From contig CAZXLF010000002.1 in NCBI GenBank assembly GCA_964642015.1, forward strand, positions 95,678-159,677: DNA of 64,000 bases. Reading direction: 5' to 3'. Of this stretch, positions 8,999 to 18,305 are shown one piece after another. Source of the DNA: an uncultured Planctomycetia bacterium. GTDB taxonomy: Bacteria; Omnitrophota; Gorgyraeia; 2-02-FULL-51-18. Both the position numbers and the translations under genes were made by a program. Each line of letters opens with the position of its first letter. The first letter of the stretch is position 1. The notes under the pieces are model-generated. The model did no database searches, was not told the origin of the DNA, and saw nothing but the letters and a program-made list of their open reading frames with translations.

Positions 8999-10436
8999 AG
9001 GAGCATATTTTTTCGGTCTCAAAACGAATGAGTTCGCTCTTCTTGCGGCTCTTTCGTTCATCGCGATGTGGATCATATCGATCTATTATCCGGACCAGTC
9101 TTTGTGGGTTTATTTTGGTCTAGCGTTCACCACATTTGTTCTTGGAAATGTCTGCCTCGCAGCAAATCAATTTATCATTTTACCTGAACTGATCTCATTT
9201 ATAAGCTGCGTTAACTGGATCGTCGCGCCGTGGATATCCTACCTTTACCCGCCGCACTTTCAGCTTTATAAAATGTCCGTAAGACCGGAAGAATATTTTT
9301 CATATATCGTTCCGTGTGCGGTAGCTCTTTGGCTGGGCGTGCATCTCCCATTAAGAGCCGCCAAACACAGGACGGAGACAATAGCGGTGCCGTTGAATAA
9401 AAAGGAACGTCAAATGATGGATGCGTTGATCATCTTCGGCCTCATTGTTTCCTATGCCAGCGCTTTTTTGCCAAAGACATTGAACTTCTTGTATTACATC
9501 TTAGCCGAGTTACGTTTTGTTGGCGCCCTATGTTATTTATTTACCCGCACTAAAGGGTGGCTTATCAGGATCATTATTGTTTACGCCACTCTCTTTCTTG
9601 TAACGGTCCAAGGCGGAGTTTTTTATGAAATTATCCTTTGGTCGGGCTATCTTTTTATTAGCTTGGCTTATCTCTATAAATGGAAATGGAGAATGCCATT
9701 TTATCTCATCATCGGGTTCATTATCTTAAATACGTTCAATCTCTCCAAGCCTGAATATAGGGCGTATATTCTTAAATATCCCGAAACGTCGCTTACCAAA
9801 AAAATCGGGTTGTTCTCTGACATTTATTTAAAAGTCCTGACCCATAAGAACAGGGATACTGCAGAGGTGAGTGAGCAAATGGTCCGCTGGAATCAAGGGT
9901 GGATCATTTCGCGATTGATGTTCATGGTGCCCGCATACGAACCGTTTGCTCAAGGAGAAACAATCGTTACGGCCATTGTCGCTTCGGTTGTACCTCGGAT
10001 ATTTTTTCCAAATAAATTAGGATCTGGTTCAAGGGAGGTTTTTTTCAAATACACGGGCATATCTCTCGGTTCCTCTACTTCCATGGCTTTCGGTACAGCC
10101 GGAGAAATGTATATAAATTTCGGAAGGTTAGGTGGTGTCTTGTGCATGTTGTGTTATGGTCTCATGGTGGGCTTTATCTACTCAAGATTTGCGAGATTGG
10201 CTAAAAAGGAGGTGCTGTGGTGGGCGTGGGTACCCTTGGTATTGCTAACAACGATCGAAGCGGAGTGGAACCTCGTTGATGTTCTGAATCATATCGTGAA
10301 ATCTCTCGCCGTCATGATAGCTTTTATTTATTTCTTCCCCGTGTACAAGAATAAACTGTCGAAAAATATCCGGTTTCGCCGAAAATTTGTTTTCAGACAC
10401 CGTCATGGAGCTATTGAGCGCCCTCCGATCGGTTGA
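8988..10436 (+). CDS. polytopic membrane protein, Wzy-like O-antigen polymerase/ligase candidate
   Basis: ~480 aa with >=10 hydrophobic helices and a large loop; sits inside glycan cluster; ATG 8988 preceded by GAGG (8978-8981); track start 8973 is TTG. Confidence 0.5.
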   Translation: MLYKGAYFFGLKTNEFALLAALSFIAMWIISIYYPDQSLWVYFGLAFTTFVLGNVCLAANQFIILPELISFISCVNWIVAPWISYLYPPHFQLYKMSVRPEEYFSYIVPCAVALWLGVHLPLRAAKHRTETIAVPLNKKERQMMDALIIFGLIVSYASAFLPKTLNFLYYILAELRFVGALCYLFTRTKGWLIRIIIVYATLFLVTVQGGVFYEIILWSGYLFISLAYLYKWKWRMPFYLIIGFIILNTFNLSKPEYRAYILKYPETSLTKKIGLFSDIYLKVLTHKNRDTAEVSEQMVRWNQGWIISRLMFMVPAYEPFAQGETIVTAIVASVVPRIFFPNKLGSGSREVFFKYTGISLGSSTSMAFGTAGEMYINFGRLGGVLCMLCYGLMVGFIYSRFARLAKKEVLWWAWVPLVLLTTIEAEWNLVDVLNHIVKSLAVMIAFIYFFPVYKNKLSKNIRFRRKFVFRHRHGAIERPPIG

Positions 10437-11223
10437 TTTTCCAAAAAAGCTCGGCATCTGCGATCGTTTATTTAGGCGCAGTCTTGAACGGCGCGGCATC
10501 GCAGTGATAGAGACCGGAGCAGGCATTTCGTGGAAGCTGGATCTTAGAAATCCTACCCATCGCTGGTTAGTTTACGGTTATTATGACCCCCCGTTTTTAA
10601 AATGGGCTAAAAAGTTTCTTCCGCCGGATGGAGTAGTTGTTGATGCGGGAGCCAATATTGGTCAGACGGCGATCTATCTTGCTCAATATGTGAACCGAGG
10701 CAGATTATTCGCGTTCGAACCGGGGAGAGAGCAAGCTCAATGGCTTGAAGATGGGGTCAAAAAAAACGTCAAAGAGCTGAACTCGGTCAAAGTCTTCCGT
10801 TTGGCGCTAGGAGAGCAGGAGGATAATTTATTCCTTGAGGACACATGGAAAAGCGAAAGATTTCATGGGGGCTCCAGCCAGATATCGGCTGTTCGCGGTG
10901 AACCTGTAAAAGTAGTTCGATTAAAAGATATTCTTAGAGATCAAAATATCACATATGTAGATTTATGGAAATTGGATGTTGAAGGATACGAGATCCCCGC
11001 TTTGAGGGGCGCGGAAGAATTTTTGGTCGAAAAAAGGATCAAAGCCTTATACGTCGAGCTTTATAGGCAAGAAGGCGATGAGTATAAACAAAATGGTCTG
11101 CGCATTCGCGAATATCTTTCAAAATTTGGTTATCGATGTTATTTGTTTAACCGCTGGACCGGCCGTGTTCTTCGAGAAAAAAAACTTACGGATTCCGTGA
11201 ACGGCTTGTTCCTGACCGAATAA
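10405..11223 (+). CDS. FkbM-family SAM-dependent methyltransferase
   Basis: VVVDAGANIGQTAIYL motif and FkbM-like C-terminal half; ATG 10405 chosen over TTG 10387; overlaps upstream gene end. Confidence 0.7.
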   Translation: MELLSALRSVDFPKKLGICDRLFRRSLERRGIAVIETGAGISWKLDLRNPTHRWLVYGYYDPPFLKWAKKFLPPDGVVVDAGANIGQTAIYLAQYVNRGRLFAFEPGREQAQWLEDGVKKNVKELNSVKVFRLALGEQEDNLFLEDTWKSERFHGGSSQISAVRGEPVKVVRLKDILRDQNITYVDLWKLDVEGYEIPALRGAEEFLVEKRIKALYVELYRQEGDEYKQNGLRIREYLSKFGYRCYLFNRWTGRVLREKKLTDSVNGLFLTE

Positions 11224-11227
11224 GGCT

Positions 11228-12034
11228 ATGAATAGGGCGCTTGAACGTATAAGTCGTAAAATAGATGTATTCAGAGATATTATGATTTTTTCCAACGCAA
11301 TCCAGATTATATTTCTCAAATTGTTCAAGATTAACTGCAATGTTGTTGTTTACCAATATAAGAAATACCGTTTGATATCGTACGAGTCTTATGCCGACGG
11401 AGTGAGCATTCAAGAATGTTTAGCCAAGAAAGTCTATGCAGAGGCCCTTCGGCAGTCAAAACCGGAAAAGAGGGCAGGGTCATACATCAATATAGGCGCA
11501 AATATAGGCGCATTTGATATAGCGATCTTTGACGCTTGGGGGCCTGATACCCGAGGCATTACCATTGAAATGAACCCATGGACGTTCGCAAGATTATCTT
11601 CCAACGTTTTTTACAATAAACTTTCAACCAGATTGATCAATGCGGCTGTTACTGATAGGAATGAAATTTTGAATGTCCCGATAGATCAGACCAGTTGTTC
11701 GCAATCCCTTTATCACTCCGGACCCTCTGATCAACAAAGCCAGATAAAGACATTAACATTGTTTCAAATACCAGAACCTGTTGAGGGTGTGCCAGTCGAT
11801 CTTTTAAAAGTAGACTGCGAAGGATCAGAGTATCCGATATTTTCTTCTGTTTCCAGAGAGGAGCTACAGAGGTTTAGGAATGTAGTTGTAGAGATCCATA
11901 CGCCGCCGACAGGATTTTCTATGGAAACTTTGATCGAGGACATAAAATCAAAAGGCAAATACGAAGCCACACTCTTATCTGAGACCGACGACGCAAAGCT
12001 GATATTTTTCCAGCGATCCGAAAAATCGAAGTGA
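11228..12034 (+). CDS. FkbM-family SAM-dependent methyltransferase (second, tandem paralogue)
   Basis: 268 aa; YINIGANIGAFDIAIF motif; VDCEGSEYPI resembles first copy's LDVEGYEIPAL. Confidence 0.65.
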   Translation: MNRALERISRKIDVFRDIMIFSNAIQIIFLKLFKINCNVVVYQYKKYRLISYESYADGVSIQECLAKKVYAEALRQSKPEKRAGSYINIGANIGAFDIAIFDAWGPDTRGITIEMNPWTFARLSSNVFYNKLSTRLINAAVTDRNEILNVPIDQTSCSQSLYHSGPSDQQSQIKTLTLFQIPEPVEGVPVDLLKVDCEGSEYPIFSSVSREELQRFRNVVVEIHTPPTGFSMETLIEDIKSKGKYEATLLSETDDAKLIFFQRSEKSK

Positions 12035-12044
12035 TTATTTTTTT

Positions 12045-13106
12045 ATGAAAGTAATGATTTTCAGGATGGGTTATCTGGGCGATACGATACTCGCTCTGCC
12101 GGCTTTTTACGCGATCCGGCGGCACTACTCTCAAGACCAAATATTTATTTTAAGCCCTAGAAATCCAGATGCTCTTGTTAATCCATCCGATGTGCTCGCG
12201 GGCACAGGTCTGATTGATGGTGCGATCGAATACAATCTTAAGGCTAAAGGTTTTGAAAGAATGAAGGAAATATTTTTTTTGAGGAGCAAGATCAAAAAAC
12301 TTGCAGCGGATATCTTAATCTATCTTCCGCCGAGTTTAAGAAAAAGATCTCAAGTACAAAGAGACAAGAGATTTTTTAGGTTTTGTGGCGTCAAGAAAAC
12401 GCTCGGATTAGAAGACTTCCCCGAAGTAAAAACTAGAGACGATGAAGGGAAGGTCAAAAGATTGATAAGTGAGTCCAAATTTTTGTCGGGACGTCTGGAA
12501 AAAATGGGAATTCACACGACCGAATTTACGGGCGAATTGTTCCCCTTATTGGTGCATGAAAAAGAAAAACATGCGGTAGACCGAGTTTTTTTTGATATTG
12601 ATCAAAAAGAAGCGGTCGCTTTTTGTGTTTCGGCCAAAACATCCGCACAGCGTTGGCCTATTGAAAGATACGAAGAACTTGGCAAACGACTGATCGATCG
12701 ATACGGTATTCATCCTGTGATTTTTGGAGCTCCAAACGATTCGGTTCAGGCGCAAAAGCTTATTTCTTCTTGGGAGCGCGGTCTTGATCTATGCGGAAAG
12801 TTAACTATACCTGAGTCGGCCGAAGCTCTAAGGCGTTGTGTCTTGTACGTAGGTAACGATACGGGCCCGATGCATTTGGCGGCATTCGCCGGAACTCCGT
12901 GTGTCGCTGTATTTTCTGCAAGGAACAATCCCGGCATTTGGGAGCCTGTGGGTAAAGATCATACGGTCATACGCAAAGAAGTCCCATGCGCATGTTGCGA
13001 ATTAGATGTCTGCAATGTGTCCGGTCACCCTTGCCTGAATTCTATTACGGTGGAAGAAGTTTTCGATGCGGTAAGCAGGCACTTGGAGAAATCCGCGCGC
13101 AGATGA
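12045..13106 (+). CDS. glycosyltransferase family 9 (heptosyltransferase-like)
   Basis: 353 aa; N-terminal KVMIFRMGYLGDTILALPA and C-terminal GNDTGPMHLAAFAGTPCVAVF are hallmark GT9 (WaaC/WaaF/RfaQ) motifs. Confidence 0.8.
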   Translation: MKVMIFRMGYLGDTILALPAFYAIRRHYSQDQIFILSPRNPDALVNPSDVLAGTGLIDGAIEYNLKAKGFERMKEIFFLRSKIKKLAADILIYLPPSLRKRSQVQRDKRFFRFCGVKKTLGLEDFPEVKTRDDEGKVKRLISESKFLSGRLEKMGIHTTEFTGELFPLLVHEKEKHAVDRVFFDIDQKEAVAFCVSAKTSAQRWPIERYEELGKRLIDRYGIHPVIFGAPNDSVQAQKLISSWERGLDLCGKLTIPESAEALRRCVLYVGNDTGPMHLAAFAGTPCVAVFSARNNPGIWEPVGKDHTVIRKEVPCACCELDVCNVSGHPCLNSITVEEVFDAVSRHLEKSARR

Positions 13107-14257
13107 AAATACTGCACGTTGTTAGAGATCTTGACCCAGAATCAGGAGGGCTGGTCTCTTCGGTGCTTGGTATGGCGACGGCGCAATCGGAATTGGGGCA
13201 TGAAGTTAAGATCGCCGCGACTGATTATGGCCGCGAAAAACCTCGCGCAATTCCGCACGTCTCGTTTTTTTTATTCCATTCCAATTTTGATGAATGGCGA
13301 TGGTCTGCGGAAATGGTCAAACGGTTGCCGTTCCTGATCAAAGAAGCTCATATTGTCCATATACACGGTTTATGGGATTTCCCGGTATTATTGGCCGCGA
13401 TGTTATGCAAAAAAATGCGGAAAACAAACATTCTGACCCCTCACGGCATGTTGCACAAGACATCATTATCCAAAAGCGCATTAAAAAAGAAGGCCTACCT
13501 TAAATTTTTTGGAGACTCCGTTTTAGGACAGCCCAATGCGATCCATTTTACATCCGAGCTTGAACGTCAAAATTCGAAATTGCCTGATGTTTATCGTAAA
13601 AGTTTTGTGGCGCCGTTGGGTATACGCCGTTTGGATTATTATATATTGCCCAATGCCAACGCGTTTAGGCGTAGGTTTCCTGAATTGAAAAGGAGCCGTT
13701 TCATCCTTTATCTTGGCCGGCTTCATCCCAAGAAACATCCTGAAATGCTTATTCAGGCGTTTCATCGGTCGCTTGCTTTGAAAACGAAGATCCTTCTTGT
13801 TATGGCCGGCTCAGGCGAACCGTCTTATGTTCGGGATTTGAAGAAAATGGTCTTGAAATTGCATATGGATCGGAAAGTCGTTTTTACGGGGATGCTTCAT
13901 CACAAAGCTGTCGTGGAAGCGTATTGTGCCGCCGAGATGTTCGTTTTGCCAAGTTCGCAGGAAAATTTTGGAATGTCTGTCATTGAAGCAATGGCGGCTG
14001 GATGCCCGGTCGTTATTAGCGATCTGCTTGATCTGGCATGGGATATTCGGAAAAAGAACGCAGGTATTGTGCACGCGTTGTCTACGGAATCTTTGGCGAG
14101 GGCGATTTTGCAATTAACCAATAACCAAAAACTTTGCAAGCAAATGGGAAAAAATGGCCGCCGGCTTGTTTTAGAAAAGTTTACGTGGGACAAGACGATC
14201 CGCAAGCTGATGATCAACTATTATAAGGTCCTAAAAAAAAGTCCTTATGGCCGTTAA
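13103..14257 (+). CDS. glycosyltransferase family 4
   Basis: MKILHVVRDL... N-terminus; FVLPSSQENFGMSVIEAMAAGCPVVISD E-x7-E region; ATG 13103 overlaps upstream stop (ATGA); track ORF 12986 start judged too early. Confidence 0.7.
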   Translation: MKILHVVRDLDPESGGLVSSVLGMATAQSELGHEVKIAATDYGREKPRAIPHVSFFLFHSNFDEWRWSAEMVKRLPFLIKEAHIVHIHGLWDFPVLLAAMLCKKMRKTNILTPHGMLHKTSLSKSALKKKAYLKFFGDSVLGQPNAIHFTSELERQNSKLPDVYRKSFVAPLGIRRLDYYILPNANAFRRRFPELKRSRFILYLGRLHPKKHPEMLIQAFHRSLALKTKILLVMAGSGEPSYVRDLKKMVLKLHMDRKVVFTGMLHHKAVVEAYCAAEMFVLPSSQENFGMSVIEAMAAGCPVVISDLLDLAWDIRKKNAGIVHALSTESLARAILQLTNNQKLCKQMGKNGRRLVLEKFTWDKTIRKLMINYYKVLKKSPYGR

Positions 14258-15479
14258 GACGCCGGTCGACCGCGGTGTCATGGTTATCCACTCCGGCGTG
14301 CAACATTCGTATCAAACAGCGCTGGCTATGCAAGAGGCCGGGTTATTACAAAAATATATCACGGGTTTTTACTATAAAGATTCAGGTTTACTTTCTCGGC
14401 TGATCAATAGATTGCCGTCCGGCAACGGGATGCGGTGGAAACAAGAACTGTCAAAAAGGAATATGCCAGGTCTCGACCCTCATCGAATCACCAGTTTTAT
14501 GCTCCGGGATCTGATTAACAGCGCTTTTTCGAAGATAAAATTTTTTGAAAAAGCAGTCAAACGTTTTGGCCCATATCATGATTATGTCGATTATTTTCAG
14601 AAGAAAGCGGCCGCGATGGTTCTTCGAAACAGTCCGTCGGCTGTGATTTGCTATGATACCTGCTGTATAAAAGTGTTCGAGGCCGCCGAAAAAGTAGGAG
14701 CCGTCCGTGTATTGGACCAGACTATAGGCCATCTTACATCGGCTATTAAAGTCTTTCGCGAATGCGGTGTTCCTTATGATCTCCCAGAATTTTTATTGGA
14801 ACGTTCAATTCAGGAAATAAAAATGGCTGATCATATATTAGCGGGGTCCGAATACGTACGAAACACTTTGTTATCAGCGGACGTTGATGCGGACAAGATC
14901 ACTGTGTTGCCTTACGGCGTAGACACCGATCAGTTTAAACCTTCTCAAAAGATCCGATCCGAGGATTTCCGTATTTTATTTGTGGGAAGGGTTAATCATA
15001 GGAAAGGAATACAGTACTTGTTCGATGCGTTTGACCGTTTAGATCTCCCCAATTTAAAACTTTTACTTGTAGGACCTATTTGGGGAGGAACGAAATGGCT
15101 TGAACCCTACAAAGGAAGAGTGTTCTATTCATCTCAACTGCCACATAACCAGATCCATGAGGTGTTTCAAAAGGCCGACATTTTTATATTTCCGTCGATC
15201 CATGAAGGATCCTCTCTTACTATATATGAAGCATTAGCTTCCGGGCTTCCAGTGATCACGACGCCCAATGCCGGTTCTGTGATCACGGACGGCCAGGAAG
15301 GTTTCATCGTTCCTGTCGGCGATGTGAATAGCCTCGTAGACAAGATCACTGTTTTGTATCACGATCAAGCGCTGAGAGAAACGATGAGCCGTAAAGCCAG
15401 AGAATGCGCTGAGCGCTTTACATGGAGCCGTTATAGGCAACGTTTGGGCCAGCTTGTCGGGGAGTGGATAAAGAAGTGA
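14247..15479 (+). CDS. glycosyltransferase family 4
   Basis: 410 aa; ILFVGRVNHRKG and FIFPSIHEGSSLTIYEALASGLPVITT motifs. Confidence 0.75.
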   Translation: MAVKTPVDRGVMVIHSGVQHSYQTALAMQEAGLLQKYITGFYYKDSGLLSRLINRLPSGNGMRWKQELSKRNMPGLDPHRITSFMLRDLINSAFSKIKFFEKAVKRFGPYHDYVDYFQKKAAAMVLRNSPSAVICYDTCCIKVFEAAEKVGAVRVLDQTIGHLTSAIKVFRECGVPYDLPEFLLERSIQEIKMADHILAGSEYVRNTLLSADVDADKITVLPYGVDTDQFKPSQKIRSEDFRILFVGRVNHRKGIQYLFDAFDRLDLPNLKLLLVGPIWGGTKWLEPYKGRVFYSSQLPHNQIHEVFQKADIFIFPSIHEGSSLTIYEALASGLPVITTPNAGSVITDGQEGFIVPVGDVNSLVDKITVLYHDQALRETMSRKARECAERFTWSRYRQRLGQLVGEWIKK

Positions 15480-17248
15480 ATATATTGGGCGTTAATGCTT
15501 ATCACGGGGATTCTTCAGCTTGCTTGGTTGTTGATGGACAGCTTGTAGCTGCTGTGGAGGAAGAGCGTTTTCGCAGGGTAAAACATTGGGCAGGTTTTCC
15601 GAGCGAATCGATAAAATACTGTCTCAACTCAACCGGATGCGCGATCGATCAAGTTGATCATATCGCTTTCAACCGCGATCCTAAAGCGAATTTGATGAAA
15701 AAAGTGTTATTTGCCTTTTCGAAGAGACCAAATATGAGTGCGGTTCGGGACCGTATCAAAAATGCTGCCAAGATCCGCGATGCCAAATCAGCGTTTGCGG
15801 ACACTTTGAAGATCAATGCTTCCCGTATTCATGCCAAGTTCCATATGGTCGAACATCACCATACGCATATGAGCAGCGCTTTTCACGTGTCTCCGTTCAA
15901 AAATGCCGCCGTAGTGTCTGTGGACGGATTTGGGGACTTTGTTAGTATGATGTGGGGGATCGGGGATCGAGAAAATATCACGGTCAAAGACCAGGTGATT
16001 TTCCCTCATTCGTTGGGGCTTTTTTATCTTGCGATGACCCAATTTCTGGGATTTCCGAACTACGGAGATGAATACAAACTGATGGGGCTCGCTGCTTACG
16101 GCAAACCCAAATGTTTGAACGGGATGAGGCAAATAGTTCGTTTGATTTCCAGAGGCCGATTTGAGCTGGATCTCGATTTCTTTTTGCATCACTCGGAAGG
16201 AGTTTCGATGATCTGGGAAGATGGCGAGCCGAAGATCGGAAAAGCTTATTCTTTGAAGCTGGAGAAGCTTTTTGGTGTTCCAAGAAAGCCGAATGAGGAG
16301 ATAACACAAGAGCATAAAGATCTCGCCGCTTCTACGCAGCAGATGTATGAAGAGGCTTTCTTTCACATATTGGATCATGTCCAGAGGACTTCTAAGAAGG
16401 AAAAACTATGTTTGGCAGGCGGCTGCGCGATGAACAGCGTGGCTAACGGAAAAATATTTAAAAAAACCAAATTTCGAGACCTCTATGTTCAGCCGGCTGC
16501 CGGTGATGCCGGCGGTGCGATCGGTGCTGCGTTCAGCGTATGGCATGGTAAGCTCAAAAAGCCTCGATCATTCCAGATGAAGCACGCTTATTGGGGGCCA
16601 AGTTTTCTTGATGAGCAGATTAACGAACGGTTGATTGCCAGAGAAAAAGAGCTGAAAGCCGAAAAATGCGAAGTAACGAACATCGATGATATGTCTAAAC
16701 TATGTGAGATTACCGCTAAAGCGATCGCTGATGGAAAAGTGATCGGCTGGTTCCAGGGAAGAATGGAATGGGGGCCTCGCGCGCTCGGAAATCGCAGCAT
16801 CCTTTGTGATCCCCGCCGAGCTGACATGAAACATATTTTGAATTTAAAAATAAAAAGGCGCGAATCATTCCGCCCTTTTGCGCCGTCGATCCTTAGAGAG
16901 AGGGTAGATGAATGGTTCGAGACGGATTATGATGTGCCATTTATGCTTCAGGTCTATATGATCCGCCCGGAAAAAAGAGATCAGATACCGGCTGTTTGCC
17001 ATGTGGACGGTTCGGGTAGATTGCAAACGATCACCGAGGATGAAAATCCAAGGTACTATGCGCTTATTTCGCGGTTTTATAAATTAACAAGAGTTCCGAT
17101 GCTGCTTAATACTTCTTTCAATGAGAACGAGCCCATTGTTTGCAGGCCCGAAGAGGCGCTTGATTGTTTCTTAAGAACAAAAATGGATGTTTTGGTAGTC
17201 GGTAATTATTTTATTTGTAGGAATGAGTCCGTTAAAAAAGTAGAATGA
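15476..17248 (+). CDS. carbamoyltransferase (NodU/CmcH family)
   Basis: NILGVNAYHGDSSACLVVDGQLVAAVEEERFRRVKH N-terminus and HHHTHM/ C-terminal domain typical of NodU-type O-carbamoyltransferases; GTG start 15476 preceded by GGAG, overlapping upstream stop (GTGA). Confidence 0.8.
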   Translation: MNILGVNAYHGDSSACLVVDGQLVAAVEEERFRRVKHWAGFPSESIKYCLNSTGCAIDQVDHIAFNRDPKANLMKKVLFAFSKRPNMSAVRDRIKNAAKIRDAKSAFADTLKINASRIHAKFHMVEHHHTHMSSAFHVSPFKNAAVVSVDGFGDFVSMMWGIGDRENITVKDQVIFPHSLGLFYLAMTQFLGFPNYGDEYKLMGLAAYGKPKCLNGMRQIVRLISRGRFELDLDFFLHHSEGVSMIWEDGEPKIGKAYSLKLEKLFGVPRKPNEEITQEHKDLAASTQQMYEEAFFHILDHVQRTSKKEKLCLAGGCAMNSVANGKIFKKTKFRDLYVQPAAGDAGGAIGAAFSVWHGKLKKPRSFQMKHAYWGPSFLDEQINERLIAREKELKAEKCEVTNIDDMSKLCEITAKAIADGKVIGWFQGRMEWGPRALGNRSILCDPRRADMKHILNLKIKRRESFRPFAPSILRERVDEWFETDYDVPFMLQVYMIRPEKRDQIPAVCHVDGSGRLQTITEDENPRYYALISRFYKLTRVPMLLNTSFNENEPIVCRPEEALDCFLRTKMDVLVVGNYFICRNESVKKVE

Positions 17249-17265
17249 CGCAAAAAGGAGACCAT

Positions 17266-18282
17266 ATGTTCTGGAATAATAAAAAAGTCCTTGTTACCGG
17301 CGGCGCTTCGTTCATCGGTTCTCATTTGGTGGACCTTTTGATCGCCAATGGAGCGAAAGTTCGCGTTGTTGACGATCTGTCGAGTGGTAAATTAAGCAAT
17401 ATTCAGCATTATTTGGATAGCGGGCAATTAGAATTCATTAAAATGGATCTTTTGGAAGCTGGCCAGTGCCACAAAGCGGTAAAAGATATGCAGATTGTTT
17501 TTCATCTGGCTGCAATTCATGGCGGTCGCGGTTATGTGGATCTGCATCAGGCGCTATGTGCGCAAAATTTGGCCATGGATGGCATGCTTTTCAAAGCAGC
17601 CCATGAAAGTGGCGTTGAAAAGGTCGTGTTCGCATCTTCGGGGTGCGTTTATCCAAATCATCTACAGACAGATCCAAGACAGATTCTATATCTTACAGAG
17701 GACATGGTGGGTCCGCCATATGATGCCGATAATATGTATGGCTGGGCCAAGCTGATGGCTGAGATGACGCTCAAGTCATACACGAAGGATTTCGGCATGA
17801 AGTCGGCTTCTTTACGATTTTTCACAGTTTATGGCGAGCGTGGCCATGAAAATCACGCTGTGATCGCGATGATCGCAAAAGCTTTCATTAAAATGGACCC
17901 TTATCCGGTGTGGGGGACTGGGCAGCAGGTCAGAAATTGGACTTATGTCAAAGATATTGTGCGTGGAATGGTGCTTGCCGGCGAAAAGATCAATGACGGA
18001 ACCGCGGTCAATCTTGGCACCATGGAACGCACCAAAGTCGTCGAATGCGCCGAAGAAGTGCTGAGGTATACCAAACATAAAGCGCGCATCCAATTTCAGC
18101 CAGATAAGCCGGTTGGGCCGTTGAACAGAGTAGCCGATAACCACTTGGCCAAGAAACTGCTGGGATGGGAACCCGAAGTTAAATTTATGGACGGATTGAG
18201 GTCTACCATTGATTGGTATTTCAAAACGAAAGATCGCGCGAAGGTCGAGCAAATCTTGGAGAAAATGCTTACCGAGCGGTAG
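17266..18282 (+). CDS. NAD-dependent epimerase/dehydratase (extended SDR)
   Basis: KVLVTGGASFIGSHLVDLL; YGWAK catalytic motif; ATG 17266 with AAAGGAG 6 nt upstream preferred over 17245. Confidence 0.75.
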   Translation: MFWNNKKVLVTGGASFIGSHLVDLLIANGAKVRVVDDLSSGKLSNIQHYLDSGQLEFIKMDLLEAGQCHKAVKDMQIVFHLAAIHGGRGYVDLHQALCAQNLAMDGMLFKAAHESGVEKVVFASSGCVYPNHLQTDPRQILYLTEDMVGPPYDADNMYGWAKLMAEMTLKSYTKDFGMKSASLRFFTVYGERGHENHAVIAMIAKAFIKMDPYPVWGTGQQVRNWTYVKDIVRGMVLAGEKINDGTAVNLGTMERTKVVECAEEVLRYTKHKARIQFQPDKPVGPLNRVADNHLAKKLLGWEPEVKFMDGLRSTIDWYFKTKDRAKVEQILEKMLTER

Positions 18283-18305
18283 ACGGCCTTTTATTCAAAT
18301 TTCCT

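Noticed and set aside
12986-13102. Long 5' extension of the GT4 gene as given in the ORF track (start 12986)
   Set aside because: The extension overlaps 120 nt of the GT9 gene in another frame. The ATG at 13103 gives a typical MKILHV GT4 N-terminus with an ATGA overlap.
15788-16378. 196-aa minus-strand ORF
   Set aside because: It lies entirely inside the carbamoyltransferase gene, whose + frame has clear family motifs. It is an antisense artefact.
18213-18305. TTG start at 18213 for the WcaI-like GT, overlapping the epimerase gene by 70 nt
   Set aside because: The homologous N-terminus (KILLINQTFYPD) begins at TTG 18306, right after the upstream stop. Neither site has a strong RBS, so the start remains uncertain.
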